Source of the DNA: Candidatus Poribacteria bacterium
GTDB taxonomy: Bacteria; Poribacteria; WGA-4E; WGA-3G
DNA length: 64,000 bases
NCBI GenBank assembly: GCA_958295815.1
Contig: OY282374.1
Location: 3,684,682-3,748,681 of the forward strand
Reading direction: 5' to 3'
Below the pieces are notes generated by a model that was given only the letters and a program-made list of their open reading frames with translations, was not told the DNA's origin and ran no database searches. Positions 46,322 through 56,767 of this stretch are shown in pieces. The stretch's first letter is position 1, and each line of letters begins with the position of its first letter. The translations under genes were made by a program, and so were the position numbers.

Positions 46322-48262
46322 TCAGAACGACGCACCTAAACTGACATGAATTTTTCCTCTCAACAGGGAATCCCCGGCAGCCAGCCCATAGTTCACTCGT
46401 AAGATACCGCCTTTTGATTCAAGCCTTGCACCGAATCCGTAACCGACCCGGAGCCTGTCGAAAACGGAAGGTGTCTCGATCAAGGTTACAGCACCTAAAT
46501 CAGTGAAAACAAAAATCTGGGAGTCAGGTCCGACGAGATATCGGTATTCGATGTTCGCATACACGCGGCGCGGTCCAAAAAACCAGTCCTCGTCATATCC
46601 GCGCAATGTAGTCGCACCACCAAGATAAAACAGTTCTGTTGGCGGAATAACTATGTCAGATCCGCTTATAGGCTGAGCATTAAAACCCCACGCGCCAGCA
46701 CCGTGAAGCTCTACAGCAATCGTCTGTTTCCGCCACGTTGGGAAGTATTGCTGTAAAGAAAGCCACATCTTCCGAATCCGAAAATCACTCCGTGATACCT
46801 CAAAAGCGATACTGTCACGCCGACCACGTGTTGGGTTCAGAAAATAGTCACGGGTATCCCGTGTCAACCGAAGTGTGAGACTATACTTTGTTCCGCTGTA
46901 CGGTGTAAAATCGGTTGACGGCGTTGAAGTCGCAATCGGAGATTGAACTTCAAAAGGGGTCGCTGTTGTGGGGAGCAGATCCGCATTTGGCACTTTAATC
47001 TGCTTATACCCTAACGTCATGGTGCCTTCAAAGACGCGTCCAAAATTAGTAGTCGCACTTACGCTGCTTGAACGTTCTTCCGAGACTATTCCACTGTCGT
47101 CAGATGGAAAACCCGAAAACCGATCCTGACCAAGACTCTGCTGTTTGAGCTGTCCGTATGCTACACCGATAGTTACTGGTTTGCCTAATATCCACGGCTC
47201 TGCATAGTTGAGTCGAAGGATTCTAAGCAGACCGGATTTCCAATAGAAATTAAACTGCCTACCTGTCCCTAACAAATTGGTTTCGTTGGCTTCAAGTATA
47301 CCGGTAAGTTGTGGTGCCGCGTCAACTTCAGAATCTGGTGGCGCATATCCAACAACTCCACTTAATCGACCTGTTTTTGCTTCGGTTACCTGCGCGTGGA
47401 AGTTAATCCTATCTGCTGTTTCACCTGCCTCTAACACATTGGGGTTAATCTGGTAAAAATACCCTAAATTGCGTAGTCGGCGATAACTCGTGTCGATATC
47501 GCGTTGATCGAAACGTTGGTCAGGTTTTAGCGGAATTTCCCGAAGGACTACCTCTGTTTTCGTTTTCTGAAGACCACTCACCTTGACATCGCCAATCCGA
47601 ATTTGTGAACCTTCGCGGATATGCAACTGGAAATCGACAGTAGCTGCCTCTGGTGATAGTTCAATGTCTTTAGTCTCGATTTCAATCTTTGGATAGCCCT
47701 GTTCACTATATAGGGTCTGGACGCGCGCAATTCCACGTTCTAAGGCAGTTTCTGTAAAAAGTTTTCCAGGCTTTAAATTAAGTTCAGCACGGATGTCATC
47801 TTCAGAAAAACGTTGATTCCCTGTTAGTGTCAGCGTTCCTATCCGAATCTGTCTGCCCTCGACAATTTTTACGCTAATAGACACATCTGTTTCCGTCCCT
47901 GAAATTGGTGAAACAGTCGGTGCCATCTCAGCAAATACAAACCCATCTTTCCGATATGCCTCAAGGATGCGTTCAAACCCTGCCCTAACTTCCGATTGAG
48001 TGTACACTTTTTCCGCCTGCCACCCAAATAGGTTTTTCAATTTTCTCTGATTTAAACGCTCATTCCCATCAAACCGAAGTTGGCGAATGTAATAGTGGGG
48101 TCGCGTTGTGTTATCCTCTGTTTCATTGTTAACACTCGGCTTTTCTGAACTGCTATTCTGTACTGGGTCATCAGAACCGTGTAATGTTTCAGGCACACAG
48201 ATCATACAGAGAAGTAAACCACTAAAAAATATGAGAGACTGCGAAAATCGGTATTTGGACAT
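46322..48262 (-). CDS. Omp85-family outer-membrane protein (BamA/TamA-like) with POTRA domains
   Basis: Signal peptide, POTRA-like repeats (…RIGDVKVSGLQKTKTEVVLREIPLKPDQRFD…), and a C-terminal beta-barrel with a terminal aromatic residue (…GASF). Confidence 0.8.
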   Translation of the reverse strand: MSKYRFSQSLIFFSGLLLCMICVPETLHGSDDPVQNSSSEKPSVNNETEDNTTRPHYYIRQLRFDGNERLNQRKLKNLFGWQAEKVYTQSEVRAGFERILEAYRKDGFVFAEMAPTVSPISGTETDVSISVKIVEGRQIRIGTLTLTGNQRFSEDDIRAELNLKPGKLFTETALERGIARVQTLYSEQGYPKIEIETKDIELSPEAATVDFQLHIREGSQIRIGDVKVSGLQKTKTEVVLREIPLKPDQRFDQRDIDTSYRRLRNLGYFYQINPNVLEAGETADRINFHAQVTEAKTGRLSGVVGYAPPDSEVDAAPQLTGILEANETNLLGTGRQFNFYWKSGLLRILRLNYAEPWILGKPVTIGVAYGQLKQQSLGQDRFSGFPSDDSGIVSEERSSSVSATTNFGRVFEGTMTLGYKQIKVPNADLLPTTATPFEVQSPIATSTPSTDFTPYSGTKYSLTLRLTRDTRDYFLNPTRGRRDSIAFEVSRSDFRIRKMWLSLQQYFPTWRKQTIAVELHGAGAWGFNAQPISGSDIVIPPTELFYLGGATTLRGYDEDWFFGPRRVYANIEYRYLVGPDSQIFVFTDLGAVTLIETPSVFDRLRVGYGFGARLESKGGILRVNYGLAAGDSLLRGKIHVSLGASF

Positions 48263-48634
48263 CTATCATCTCCATTAAGTCTACGTGATGATATTTTAGC
48301 ATGTGCGATAGGGTAATGGCAAATCACTCCTGCGTTAGGCAATTCAGCAAGTAGATTGGGTTGAGTGGACAAGGAATCAACCCTTATGGTCCTAAGAACG
48401 CTGTGCTTTCCAAGTGTTTGAACGTCCAAAGTGCCAACGAAACCCAATACTTTAGCTGGCATGAATGTCCAAATTCTTTAGAAAACCGAACATTAATAGT
48501 TCCTACGCTAGAAAAATTTGATAAAAATTGCGAATTATGGTATAATATTGCCTAGAGTAGTAAATTAATAATTTATTCAGAAAAAATCGGTAATATGGGC
48601 ATGACGGTTCGCCCACCAGGAGTACACACAAATT

Positions 48635-50641
48635 ATGCCAAATGCACTACTTATTTACCCTAAGTTTCCACCATCGTATTGGGGATTTAAATACGCCTTA
48701 GACTTTCTTGGAAAAGAATCCTCAATGCCGCCGCTCGGATTATTAACCATCGCTGGTATGTTCCCCAAGAACTACAACTTAAAGGTCGTCGATCTTAACA
48801 TTGAACCTCTCCTCGATGAACATATTCAGTGGGCAGATGTCGCTTTGACATCGACGATGATTGTGCAAAAAGCATCGCTCTATGAAGTCACTGAACGCTG
48901 TAATCGAGCAGGCGTGCCGATTATTGCAGGTGGTCCACATCCCACCTCCTACTACGACAATATCAAAGCCGAAACAGACGCTACAATTAACCATTTTCTC
49001 TTTGGTGAAGTCGAGGAAATCTTTGAAGACTTCATGACCGATTTTGAGAGCGGCTCCGCGAAAGAAGTCTATCGCGAAACTCGTAAACCCGATATCACAA
49101 CAACGCCTCCGCCACGCTATGATCTTATTGATATTAACTCGTATGGATCAATGGCACTTCAATTTTCACGCGGCTGTCCATTCAATTGCGAATTCTGTGA
49201 TATTACGAAGTTATTCGGGCGCGTACCTCGCACCAAAAGCAATGAACAGATGCTCGGTGAATTCGAGATGCTCTATAAACTCGGATGGAAAGGGGCAATG
49301 TTTGTTGTTGATGACAACTTTATCGGCAATAAACGTGACGCAATGCGCTTGCTCCCTGCCGTCAAAGAGTGGCAGGAAGAGCGGCAATTCCCCTTCTCGC
49401 TTTATACCGAAGCAAGTGTAAACCTTGTTGAGATCCCTGAAATGCTTGACGCAATGAGCGGAGCAGGTTTTAACATGGTCTTCCTCGGCATCGAAAGCCC
49501 TAACGACGATGCCCTAATTGGTACCTCCAAGGGGCAGAACACAAGCAAACAGGAAGATGCAGGCAGCTACCTCTTACGCTCCGTCAGAGAGATTCAGAGC
49601 AAAGGGATGGAAGTTACTGGTGGATTCATTATCGGGCTTGATGGTGATACCGAGTTCGATTCGCATATCAACTTTATTCAGGAAGCCGGTATTCCCATGG
49701 CGATGGCTGGTCTGCTTACGGCTCTCAAAGAGACTGACCTCTGGCACCGATTGAAAACTGAAGACCGGTTGCTTGTGGAATCAAGCGGGAACAATACCGA
49801 TATGACGCTCAATTTCGTTCCCGAAATGCCACGTGATGAACTCATACAAGAGTATCGGCGGGTTATTTCAACTCTCTACGATCCCACCTTGAAAAACTAT
49901 TTTGCCCGATGTTTGAAGCTGCTTGAGTACATGCCTAAAACCCACAATAATGTCAGATCGATCGATAATATGCCGGAAATTCGGGCATTTTTCCGGTCGA
50001 TCCAAAAGCAACTCTTCTCAAAGCAAGGTTTGGAGTATGCCCGATTTTTGATGAAAGTGTTGAAAGACTATCGTCCGATGTTCCCGGAAGCTGTCCGATT
50101 AGCGATCATGGGCTACCATCTTGAGAAGATAACGCGCCATACTGTTGCTGTCGAAGACTTTAGAAACTTCTTGAATCATGAAATGGAAACCTTTAAAGAG
50201 AATGTTTCGCAGTTCACGCAGGTGCAAGGCGAGCGCATGAATGAGATGCAGAACTATTCACGGCAGCTTTTTGCCCGTGTTAAAACGGAGTACAATACAA
50301 TTCATAAGGATTTCCAGTACGCCGCGCACGCTGCACTCACAGGTTTTCAACAGTCTATGTTCAAAGAGTACTTAGAAGCAGAACTCAAAGCCTTCAAGAA
50401 TGCTGCCGGTGATTTCGCGAAAGAACAAAGCGAACGTCTCGGTGAATTACAAGCCTACGTCCATAAACTCTTTGCACGTGTCCGCGCACAGCACGCCCAA
50501 CTTTACGATAGTTTCAAGCATCACACCGACGATTTGAGCCGCCACACTCAAGAAGCCTTTGATACTTTCCGGGATTCAATCGCGCGACATTTGGAATTGC
50601 ACTTCGGCTCTGTCCCTGTGCAAATCGAAGGTCTGACCTAA
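48635..50641 (+). CDS. B12-binding-domain radical SAM protein (DUF4070-type) with a C-terminal duplicated coiled-coil extension
   Basis: An N-terminal B12-binding-like domain, then 'SRGCPFNCEFCDI' (CxxxCxxC). The C-terminal ~200 aa contain an internal repeat (…QLFARVKTEYNTIHKDFQYAAH… / …KLFARVRAQHAQLYDSFKHHTD…). Confidence 0.8.
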   Translation: MPNALLIYPKFPPSYWGFKYALDFLGKESSMPPLGLLTIAGMFPKNYNLKVVDLNIEPLLDEHIQWADVALTSTMIVQKASLYEVTERCNRAGVPIIAGGPHPTSYYDNIKAETDATINHFLFGEVEEIFEDFMTDFESGSAKEVYRETRKPDITTTPPPRYDLIDINSYGSMALQFSRGCPFNCEFCDITKLFGRVPRTKSNEQMLGEFEMLYKLGWKGAMFVVDDNFIGNKRDAMRLLPAVKEWQEERQFPFSLYTEASVNLVEIPEMLDAMSGAGFNMVFLGIESPNDDALIGTSKGQNTSKQEDAGSYLLRSVREIQSKGMEVTGGFIIGLDGDTEFDSHINFIQEAGIPMAMAGLLTALKETDLWHRLKTEDRLLVESSGNNTDMTLNFVPEMPRDELIQEYRRVISTLYDPTLKNYFARCLKLLEYMPKTHNNVRSIDNMPEIRAFFRSIQKQLFSKQGLEYARFLMKVLKDYRPMFPEAVRLAIMGYHLEKITRHTVAVEDFRNFLNHEMETFKENVSQFTQVQGERMNEMQNYSRQLFARVKTEYNTIHKDFQYAAHAALTGFQQSMFKEYLEAELKAFKNAAGDFAKEQSERLGELQAYVHKLFARVRAQHAQLYDSFKHHTDDLSRHTQEAFDTFRDSIARHLELHFGSVPVQIEGLT

Positions 50642-50647
50642 GGGACC

Positions 50648-52171
50648 ATGACGTGTATTGAGATAGAAAATCTCGGTTTTACATATCCGAGTCGTCAAAC
50701 CCTAACACTACGGGGTATCACGGCTCGTGTCCCTTCGGGTGCATTTGTCCTGCTGACAGGTCCAACTGGGTGCGGTAAATCCACCTTACTAAGGACACTG
50801 AACGGCTTAATCCCCCACGCTTCGGCAGGAACACTCACCGGGACTGTGAGGCTCAACGGCGAAAACCTCGCAACACAACCACTCGCTACCATATGCCAAC
50901 AGGTCGCACTCCTCTTTCAAGACCCTGAAGATCAGCTCTTTTGCACCTTAGTTGAAGATGAAGTCGCATTTGGACTCGAAAACCTCGGTGTCCCCCCAGA
51001 AGAAATTAAAGAACGTATCGCTTTCGCCTTAGAACGGGTTGGGTTACAAGGATTCCAGAATCGTGAGATCTCTTCTCTTTCTGGAGGTCAGAAACAGCGC
51101 GTTGCCCTTGCTGCCGTTTGTGCGATGGAACCACAAGTCCTACTCCTTGATGAACCTACCAGCCACCTTGATCCGCAGGGAACACGAGACATCCTCAATA
51201 TCGTCGCGAAACTAAATAGAGAGATGGGAATAACTGTCATCTTAGCAACCCATCGGACCAGAGAAGTCGCTCCATTATGTGACCATGTATGGCTAATGGA
51301 TGAAGGGCAGCTTGGTCTGAATCTACCGGCAACCGAAGCGTTGCAAGACCCCACTCCATATCAGCATTTGGGTGTTCAGGTTCCTGTTGGAGAGAGAGCT
51401 ACATCAGCAACCCAGTTCTCTCCTCGATCAACTTCTGCCGTAGTACCCTCAAAAAACTTTAGTCTTAGGGTCAGTAATCTCCATTTTTGCTATCCAAATA
51501 CCGACAAAGATGCAGTGCACGCCATCTCCTGTGAGGTGCAACATGGAGAAGTACTCGCAATCATGGGCGCGAACGGATCAGGCAAAACGACGTTGATCCA
51601 CCTAATCGCGGGTCTGCTACGTCCGTCGGCTGGAGAATTAACGATTGATGGAGAGGTGCGCGGTCGGGTGAAACTCCGTCAGTTAGCAGGCAAAGTCGGT
51701 ATCGTTTTTCAGAACCCAGATCTACTACTACAGGCAAAGACCGTCCGTGATGAAGTCGCATTCGGTCCCAGAAATCTCAGGTTCCCAACAAAGACGCTTG
51801 AAGAACGGATTAGTAAAACACTTACACGCTTCGACTTAACAAATCTCGATTCAGAAGCACCGTATGCGCTCTCACGAGGACAGCGTCAGCGTACCGCCGT
51901 TGCCGCAACCTTTTCACTACATCCCGATCTCTTTCTTCTTGATGAACCCACCACCGGTCAAGATGCGCAGCACCTCTACCAACTAATGGATGAACTCTGC
52001 GATGAAATCCGACGCGAGAATAAAACCCTTATTTTCGCAACCCACGATACCGACCTCACCTTGAAATACGCCGACCGTGTCCTCTTACTACGCGATGGGC
52101 AAGTGATTTTTGATGGCATCCCCGATACAGCCTTCAATAACCCTGAACTCTTAACGCAAGCGTCCCTATAA
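50648..52171 (+). CDS. Duplicated ABC ATPase (ECF-transporter EcfA1-A2 / CbiO-like fusion)
   Basis: Two complete NBDs: 'LLTGPTGCGKSTLL' with 'LSGGQKQRVALA' and 'LLDEPTSHLD', then 'IMGANGSGKTTLI' with 'LSRGQRQRTAVA' and 'LLDEPTTGQD'. Confidence 0.85.
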   Translation: MTCIEIENLGFTYPSRQTLTLRGITARVPSGAFVLLTGPTGCGKSTLLRTLNGLIPHASAGTLTGTVRLNGENLATQPLATICQQVALLFQDPEDQLFCTLVEDEVAFGLENLGVPPEEIKERIAFALERVGLQGFQNREISSLSGGQKQRVALAAVCAMEPQVLLLDEPTSHLDPQGTRDILNIVAKLNREMGITVILATHRTREVAPLCDHVWLMDEGQLGLNLPATEALQDPTPYQHLGVQVPVGERATSATQFSPRSTSAVVPSKNFSLRVSNLHFCYPNTDKDAVHAISCEVQHGEVLAIMGANGSGKTTLIHLIAGLLRPSAGELTIDGEVRGRVKLRQLAGKVGIVFQNPDLLLQAKTVRDEVAFGPRNLRFPTKTLEERISKTLTRFDLTNLDSEAPYALSRGQRQRTAVAATFSLHPDLFLLDEPTTGQDAQHLYQLMDELCDEIRRENKTLIFATHDTDLTLKYADRVLLLRDGQVIFDGIPDTAFNNPELLTQASL

Positions 52172-52299
52172 TAATCTCGTCTATTCGTTGAGATGTTTCC
52201 TAACCTTCCAGTCTGCCTTTCTAATTGTAGGTGCTGTTTGTAACCCCACTGGTCCTTCATCGGTGAATTCTAAAATAAATAGACATTATTAACACACAT

Positions 52300-52391
52300 G
52301 GGATCTGCTCTTTGTAAGGGATCTGCTCTTTGTAGGGGATCTGCTCTTTGTAGGGGATCTGCTCTTTGTAGGAGGGGTTTGTAACCCCGAC
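52300..52391. repeat. 18-bp tandem repeat 'gggatctgctctttgta[a/g]' x4, followed by hairpin ggggtttgtaacccc
   Basis: Copies at 52300-52317, 52318-52335, 52336-52353 and 52354-52371. The last copy merges into the 'ctgctctttgtaggaggggtttgtaaccccgac' element that also occurs at 18905-18938. Confidence 0.85.
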
Positions 52392-52629
52392 TCTTATAAG
52401 TGTCCAAGTCATTCTAAAATCTACCAATGTTACATTGCTGCTCTATTGAAACGTCTATTTCTACATTTCTCCAAGCGTATTGGTAAATCTAAAGTCTGCT
52501 ATAAGTACTCCTAAATTCGCAGCGGAATTTAGTGCTTCTGTAGGAGAGAACTTCAGCTCGCGACTTCCTCGGAAAATCCATGAAAATAGTGAAAACTCAA
52601 TGCTACTATAAATGTCGTGTGGTGTCTTT

Positions 52630-53962
52630 AGGGTCATTTAGTTTTAAAAATTATTTTTTAGTAAAGTCAATGGCTGTTTAGGATGTGCGGCAAAATAGCG
52701 CATGGTTGATGTGATAGCTTTATATCCTGCTAAACGCAATATAGATAAAGTCGTGTTCCGCAACGCCGCCATGACTGCTGGGATGCCTCCACAGCGAACT
52801 TGAGAAAGATCTTCACCCAAGACGACATCCCGGAGCCAATGCGACTTATTCTCTATAGCCCAATGCCCACGGCGTAATGTCATCAAGTCAGACGCAGAAG
52901 CGAGATGACTTTCAAGACTGGTGATGCCATATTGCGTCTGACTTGATGTTTCCCCCGTCCGTGGGTGCTTCCGCTGATATGTATATTCAAAGACTTGTGC
53001 GACCCCGGGCCATTGGAGATAAGTATTCAGGGCGGTGCTGGCAGTCAACCGACGCATCTCAATGCGTCCATGGGCTTTATCAAGAGTTTCAACGCTGTCG
53101 AGAGTTTCCTGCCAATCTCGATGTTCTGCCTGAAGGCGTTGATATGCGGTTTGAAAGGTTTTAGCGTCGGGAGGCGGTTGAAATAAACGTTGGATTGCCT
53201 GAAACATCTCTTTCTGATTCGCCTTGACGGGTAAGACGTAATCGCCTCCCGACGCTAAAACCGATTCACAGAACTTGCGTTGCGTCAACAAGGCATCGGC
53301 TGTCACAACCTTTTCAGAGACATCAAAAACTTTCAGAATCTCAAGGGAGACAGGGAGTTCATGGGTCTTCTCAGACATTGCTTTTTGCGTCAAGGTAACA
53401 CCGAGTTGATGCGAAACAACAGACATCAAGTGTGTTATCTTCGCACCTTGTTTGCGACTCCCACGCAAGGTTTTGCCATCTATAGCGACTGCCGTTAGAC
53501 CACCTTGACTCCCCCAACCCAAGTCCTCAAGCGCAGCGACGACCCATTGGGTTAGGGTCTCTTCTAAGGCATTGACATCTAATCTATGAAAAAGATTGTA
53601 GAGCGTCGCAGCACAAGGCGTCTGCTTGTATGTAAAACCCAAGGCTTTTCTCAACATCTTATACGTCCGTCCATATTCAGCAATAGCTGCATAACTGCGA
53701 TATCCAGACATTATCGCAATGATGGCGAGTGCGAGGATCGCCTTCAGTGGGTGTCGCTTGCCTTTTTCCTTGCGTGGGTCTGGCACTAATGCTAACATGT
53801 CAAGCAAGTGGCGAGAGGGTTTTCTCGTCATGGTCTTCACCTCAAAGGTTGTAGTGGATTTTTAAGGTGAAGTATAGCATGTATGGCGTGAAAACTCACG
53901 TCATACATGCGTACATAGAAACATACCTTCCCCAAACAAAAACTTAAAACTAAATGACCCTG
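52630..53962 (-). mobile_element. ISAs1-family insertion sequence (~1.33 kb) with 18-bp terminal inverted repeats
   Basis: The IRs are 'agggtcatttagttttaa' (52630-52647) and its reverse complement 'ttaaaactaaatgaccct' (53945-53962). Between them sits a single transposase ORF. Confidence 0.85.
52644..53840 (-). CDS. ISAs1-family (H-repeat-associated) DDE transposase
   Basis: An N-terminal DDE_Tnp_1-associated region (…LVPDPRKEKGKRHPLKAILALAIIAIMSG…), then 'IDGKTLRGS' and 'HWAIENKSHWLRDVVLGEDLSQVRCGGIPAVMAALRNTTLSILRLAG', which is typical of ISAs1 transposases. Confidence 0.85.
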   Translation of the reverse strand: MKTMTRKPSRHLLDMLALVPDPRKEKGKRHPLKAILALAIIAIMSGYRSYAAIAEYGRTYKMLRKALGFTYKQTPCAATLYNLFHRLDVNALEETLTQWVVAALEDLGWGSQGGLTAVAIDGKTLRGSRKQGAKITHLMSVVSHQLGVTLTQKAMSEKTHELPVSLEILKVFDVSEKVVTADALLTQRKFCESVLASGGDYVLPVKANQKEMFQAIQRLFQPPPDAKTFQTAYQRLQAEHRDWQETLDSVETLDKAHGRIEMRRLTASTALNTYLQWPGVAQVFEYTYQRKHPRTGETSSQTQYGITSLESHLASASDLMTLRRGHWAIENKSHWLRDVVLGEDLSQVRCGGIPAVMAALRNTTLSILRLAGYKAITSTMRYFAAHPKQPLTLLKNNF

Positions 53963-54020
53963 CAGAATAGATGGAATTCTATGGACAATCGGACAAGTGT
54001 TGTGATACACTATCTATATT

Positions 54021-55826
54021 ATGCCAACGAATCTTGAACACATACGGAATTTCTGTATTTTAGGACACATCGATCACGGGAAAAGCACACTTAGCGACCG
54101 GCTCCTTGAGCACACCAACACACTTGCTGAACGTAAGATGCGTGAGCAGGTGCTTGATTTGATGGATCTGGAACGTGAACGCGGAATTACAATTAAAGCG
54201 ACTGCTGTTAAACTCCACTATCCCGCCCCCGATGGAAACCACTACGAACTCAACTTAATCGATACACCCGGTCACGTCGATTTTACCTATGAGGTGTCGC
54301 GTAGTCTTGCGGCGTGCGAAGGCGCGATCTTAATCGTTGATGCTGCCCAAGGCGTCGAAGCACAAACCCTTGCGAACGCTTACCTCGCGATTGATAACGA
54401 TCTTGAGATTATTCCCGTTGTCAATAAAATTGATTTGCCAACGGCACAACCCGATGAAGCCAGACGACAGATAGAAGAAGTCATTGGTATTCCTGCTGAC
54501 GAAGCCCTCCTCGTTAGCGCCAAGATGGGAATCGGCATTCCTACCATACTGGAAGCAGTTGTCAATCGAATTCCCGCCGCCGTAGGTGAGACCGATGCGC
54601 CATTAAAAGCACTCGTGCTTGACTCTGTTTACGACAACTATCGCGGCGTGATTATCTATACGCGCATCTTTGACGGTAATGTGAAACCGGGAGAGAAAAT
54701 TCAATTCATGGAGACGAGATACTCTTATGAAGTTGAAGAGGTAGGCATCTTTACACCAGAGATGCAACCGACTACCGAACTTAAGACGGGGGCAGTTGGA
54801 TATCTGATCGCAGGTATTCGCGAGATTGACAAGGCAAAAATTGGTGATACAATCACACACCATACGAAACCGACAACGACCTCTTTACCCGGTTATCGCG
54901 AGATGAAACCGCTTGTGTTCAGCGGACTCTATCCGGCAGATACGAATCAATTCCATGCGCTGCGTGAGGCACTCGATAAACTAAGACTCAACGATTCCTC
55001 CTTTAATTTTGAACCGGAAACCTCAGTTGCGCTCGGCTTTGGGTTCCGATGCGGCTTTTTAGGTCTGCTTCACATGGAGATTATCCACGAACGGCTTGAG
55101 CGAGAATTCGATCTTGCCCTTATTCGGACTGCCCCGAGTGTCATGTACCGAGTTCACCTGAAAACTGGTGGACATATCTCGGTCGACAATCCAGCACATC
55201 TTCCAGAACCGAATGATATTGAACGCATTGAAGAACCATATGTGAACATCGACCTCATCGTGCCGCGCGAGTATATCGGAAATGCGATGGAACTTTGTCA
55301 GAAGCGTCGGGGTATATACAAGAGGATGAACCAATTGGATGCAACACGTGTCCAATTACTGTATGAACTCCCACTCAGTGAAATGCTGGTGGACTTCTAC
55401 CCGAAACTTAAGTCATTGACCCGCGGATACGGTTCGTTAGAATATGACATTGGCGAATACAAAACCGAAAAACTTGTTAAATTAGATGTGCTGCTGAATG
55501 GCAAACCCATAGACGCGCTTTCTACTATTTTACCGCGAGATACGGCAGAGACACGTGGGAAAGCGTTAGTTAACAAATTGAAAGAGTTAATCCCACGGCA
55601 GATGTTTGAGATCCCAGTTCAAGCGGCAATTGGCAATAAAATTGTCGCTCGCGAAACAGTTCGAGCACTCCGAAAAAACGTCACTGCGAAATGCTATGGC
55701 GGCGACGTGACGCGCAAACGGAAATTGCTCGAAAGACAGAAAGAAGGCAAAAAACGGCTCAAACAGATCGGCAACGTTGATGTCCCGCAAGAAGCGTTCA
55801 CAGCAATGCTTGAAACCGAAGAGTAA
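54021..55826 (+). CDS. lepA: Translation elongation factor 4 (LepA)
   Basis: '[22 protein letters not shown]', 'DTPGHVDF', 'NKIDL', and the LepA-specific C-terminal domain. Confidence 0.95.
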   Translation: MPTNLEHIRNFCILGHIDHGKSTLSDRLLEHTNTLAERKMREQVLDLMDLERERGITIKATAVKLHYPAPDGNHYELNLIDTPGHVDFTYEVSRSLAACEGAILIVDAAQGVEAQTLANAYLAIDNDLEIIPVVNKIDLPTAQPDEARRQIEEVIGIPADEALLVSAKMGIGIPTILEAVVNRIPAAVGETDAPLKALVLDSVYDNYRGVIIYTRIFDGNVKPGEKIQFMETRYSYEVEEVGIFTPEMQPTTELKTGAVGYLIAGIREIDKAKIGDTITHHTKPTTTSLPGYREMKPLVFSGLYPADTNQFHALREALDKLRLNDSSFNFEPETSVALGFGFRCGFLGLLHMEIIHERLEREFDLALIRTAPSVMYRVHLKTGGHISVDNPAHLPEPNDIERIEEPYVNIDLIVPREYIGNAMELCQKRRGIYKRMNQLDATRVQLLYELPLSEMLVDFYPKLKSLTRGYGSLEYDIGEYKTEKLVKLDVLLNGKPIDALSTILPRDTAETRGKALVNKLKELIPRQMFEIPVQAAIGNKIVARETVRALRKNVTAKCYGGDVTRKRKLLERQKEGKKRLKQIGNVDVPQEAFTAMLETEE

Positions 55827-55833
55827 TGAGACA

Positions 55834-56640
55834 ATGAACACGCTTACACAGAATTTTGCGCAAACGATTAAATCGACATTATCCAGGCGAAAAAAATTTC
55901 ACAAACCGGGATTTCGTGAGTACGCAAAGCAAGTTATTTTCATTGCGATACTCGTCTACGGTTTCATAAATCCATTTATCGTTCAAGCCTATAGAATTCC
56001 CTCCGGATCTATGGAAGATACTCTCCTTGTCGGCGATAAAATTTGGGTATGTAAATTTATCTACGGCGTCAAGATTCCTGGCACAGATATAAAAATACTC
56101 GACTTTCATGAGCCAGCTCGTGGTGATGTTTTCGTTTTCGTTCCACCGCATGATCGGGAACGAAATTACATTAAGCGAATTGTTGCAGTTGAAGGCGATA
56201 CGATCTATACTCAGGGAAAAACTCTCTATGTAAATGGCAAAGCCGTTGACGGTAATAGCTATACGAAGCATCTGTCATTCAGCCATTTTAGGAGGGATTT
56301 TCCACCATTTCGGACACCTGAATATATCCCGACTGCAGACAGTTATGACGATTATACCTTGACAGAAAGCCAGTTTAGTCGTAAGTTTCCTGAAGGCAAA
56401 CCGTTCACTGTTCCGAAAGGTACGGTCTTCGCGATGGGCGATAACAGGGACCAAAGTAGCGATAGCCGCTTCTGGGGACCGGTGGCTGTAGACGATATTA
56501 AGGGACAGGCTTTTATGATCTGGTGGTCGGTTGCGGATCGTCCCGTAAAGCCTTGGGAAATATGGAAAATGGTCGGCAATATTAGGTTTAATCGAATCGG
56601 TAAACTCATCCGATCAGAACCAGATTCGTTTTCGGGATAG
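55834..56640 (+). CDS. lepB: Signal peptidase I
   Basis: 'IPSGSMEDTLLVGDKIWV' (catalytic Ser), 'YIKRIVAVEGD' (Lys), and 'GDNRDQSSDSRFWG'. The start is taken at MNTLTQ to avoid overlapping lepA. Confidence 0.88.
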   Translation: MNTLTQNFAQTIKSTLSRRKKFHKPGFREYAKQVIFIAILVYGFINPFIVQAYRIPSGSMEDTLLVGDKIWVCKFIYGVKIPGTDIKILDFHEPARGDVFVFVPPHDRERNYIKRIVAVEGDTIYTQGKTLYVNGKAVDGNSYTKHLSFSHFRRDFPPFRTPEYIPTADSYDDYTLTESQFSRKFPEGKPFTVPKGTVFAMGDNRDQSSDSRFWGPVAVDDIKGQAFMIWWSVADRPVKPWEIWKMVGNIRFNRIGKLIRSEPDSFSG

Positions 56641-56767
56641 ACTGTAATTCGCTACGTCTCCATTGGATAACTGAGACCTCATACAGCTAAATTTTATGCG
56701 CTTTAACACCCAGATAAATCGAGGAAAAAGGAGAATGCCCTCTTACTGACACTGGCTCTATGATATT

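Noticed and set aside
48263-48634. Cobalamin riboswitch upstream of the B12-binding radical SAM gene
   Set aside because: No B12-box (GCCACTG) or other conserved riboswitch core is recognisable in the leader.
52200-52260. SRP RNA (4.5S)-like 'ggtgctgttt' motif
   Set aside because: It lacks the conserved domain IV sequence (…AGGUCCGGAAGGAAGCAGC…). It is more simply a degenerate member of the GTTTsTAACC hairpin family.
52300-52371. Possible CRISPR array
   Set aside because: The repeats are directly contiguous with no spacers. The unit is derived from an adjacent dispersed repeat, and there are no cas genes. It is classed as a simple tandem repeat.
55777-55833. Upstream extension of lepB overlapping lepA
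   Set aside because: The internal Met (MNTLTQ) follows lepA's stop and is typical for bacterial LepB N-termini. The 19-aa extension overlaps lepA.
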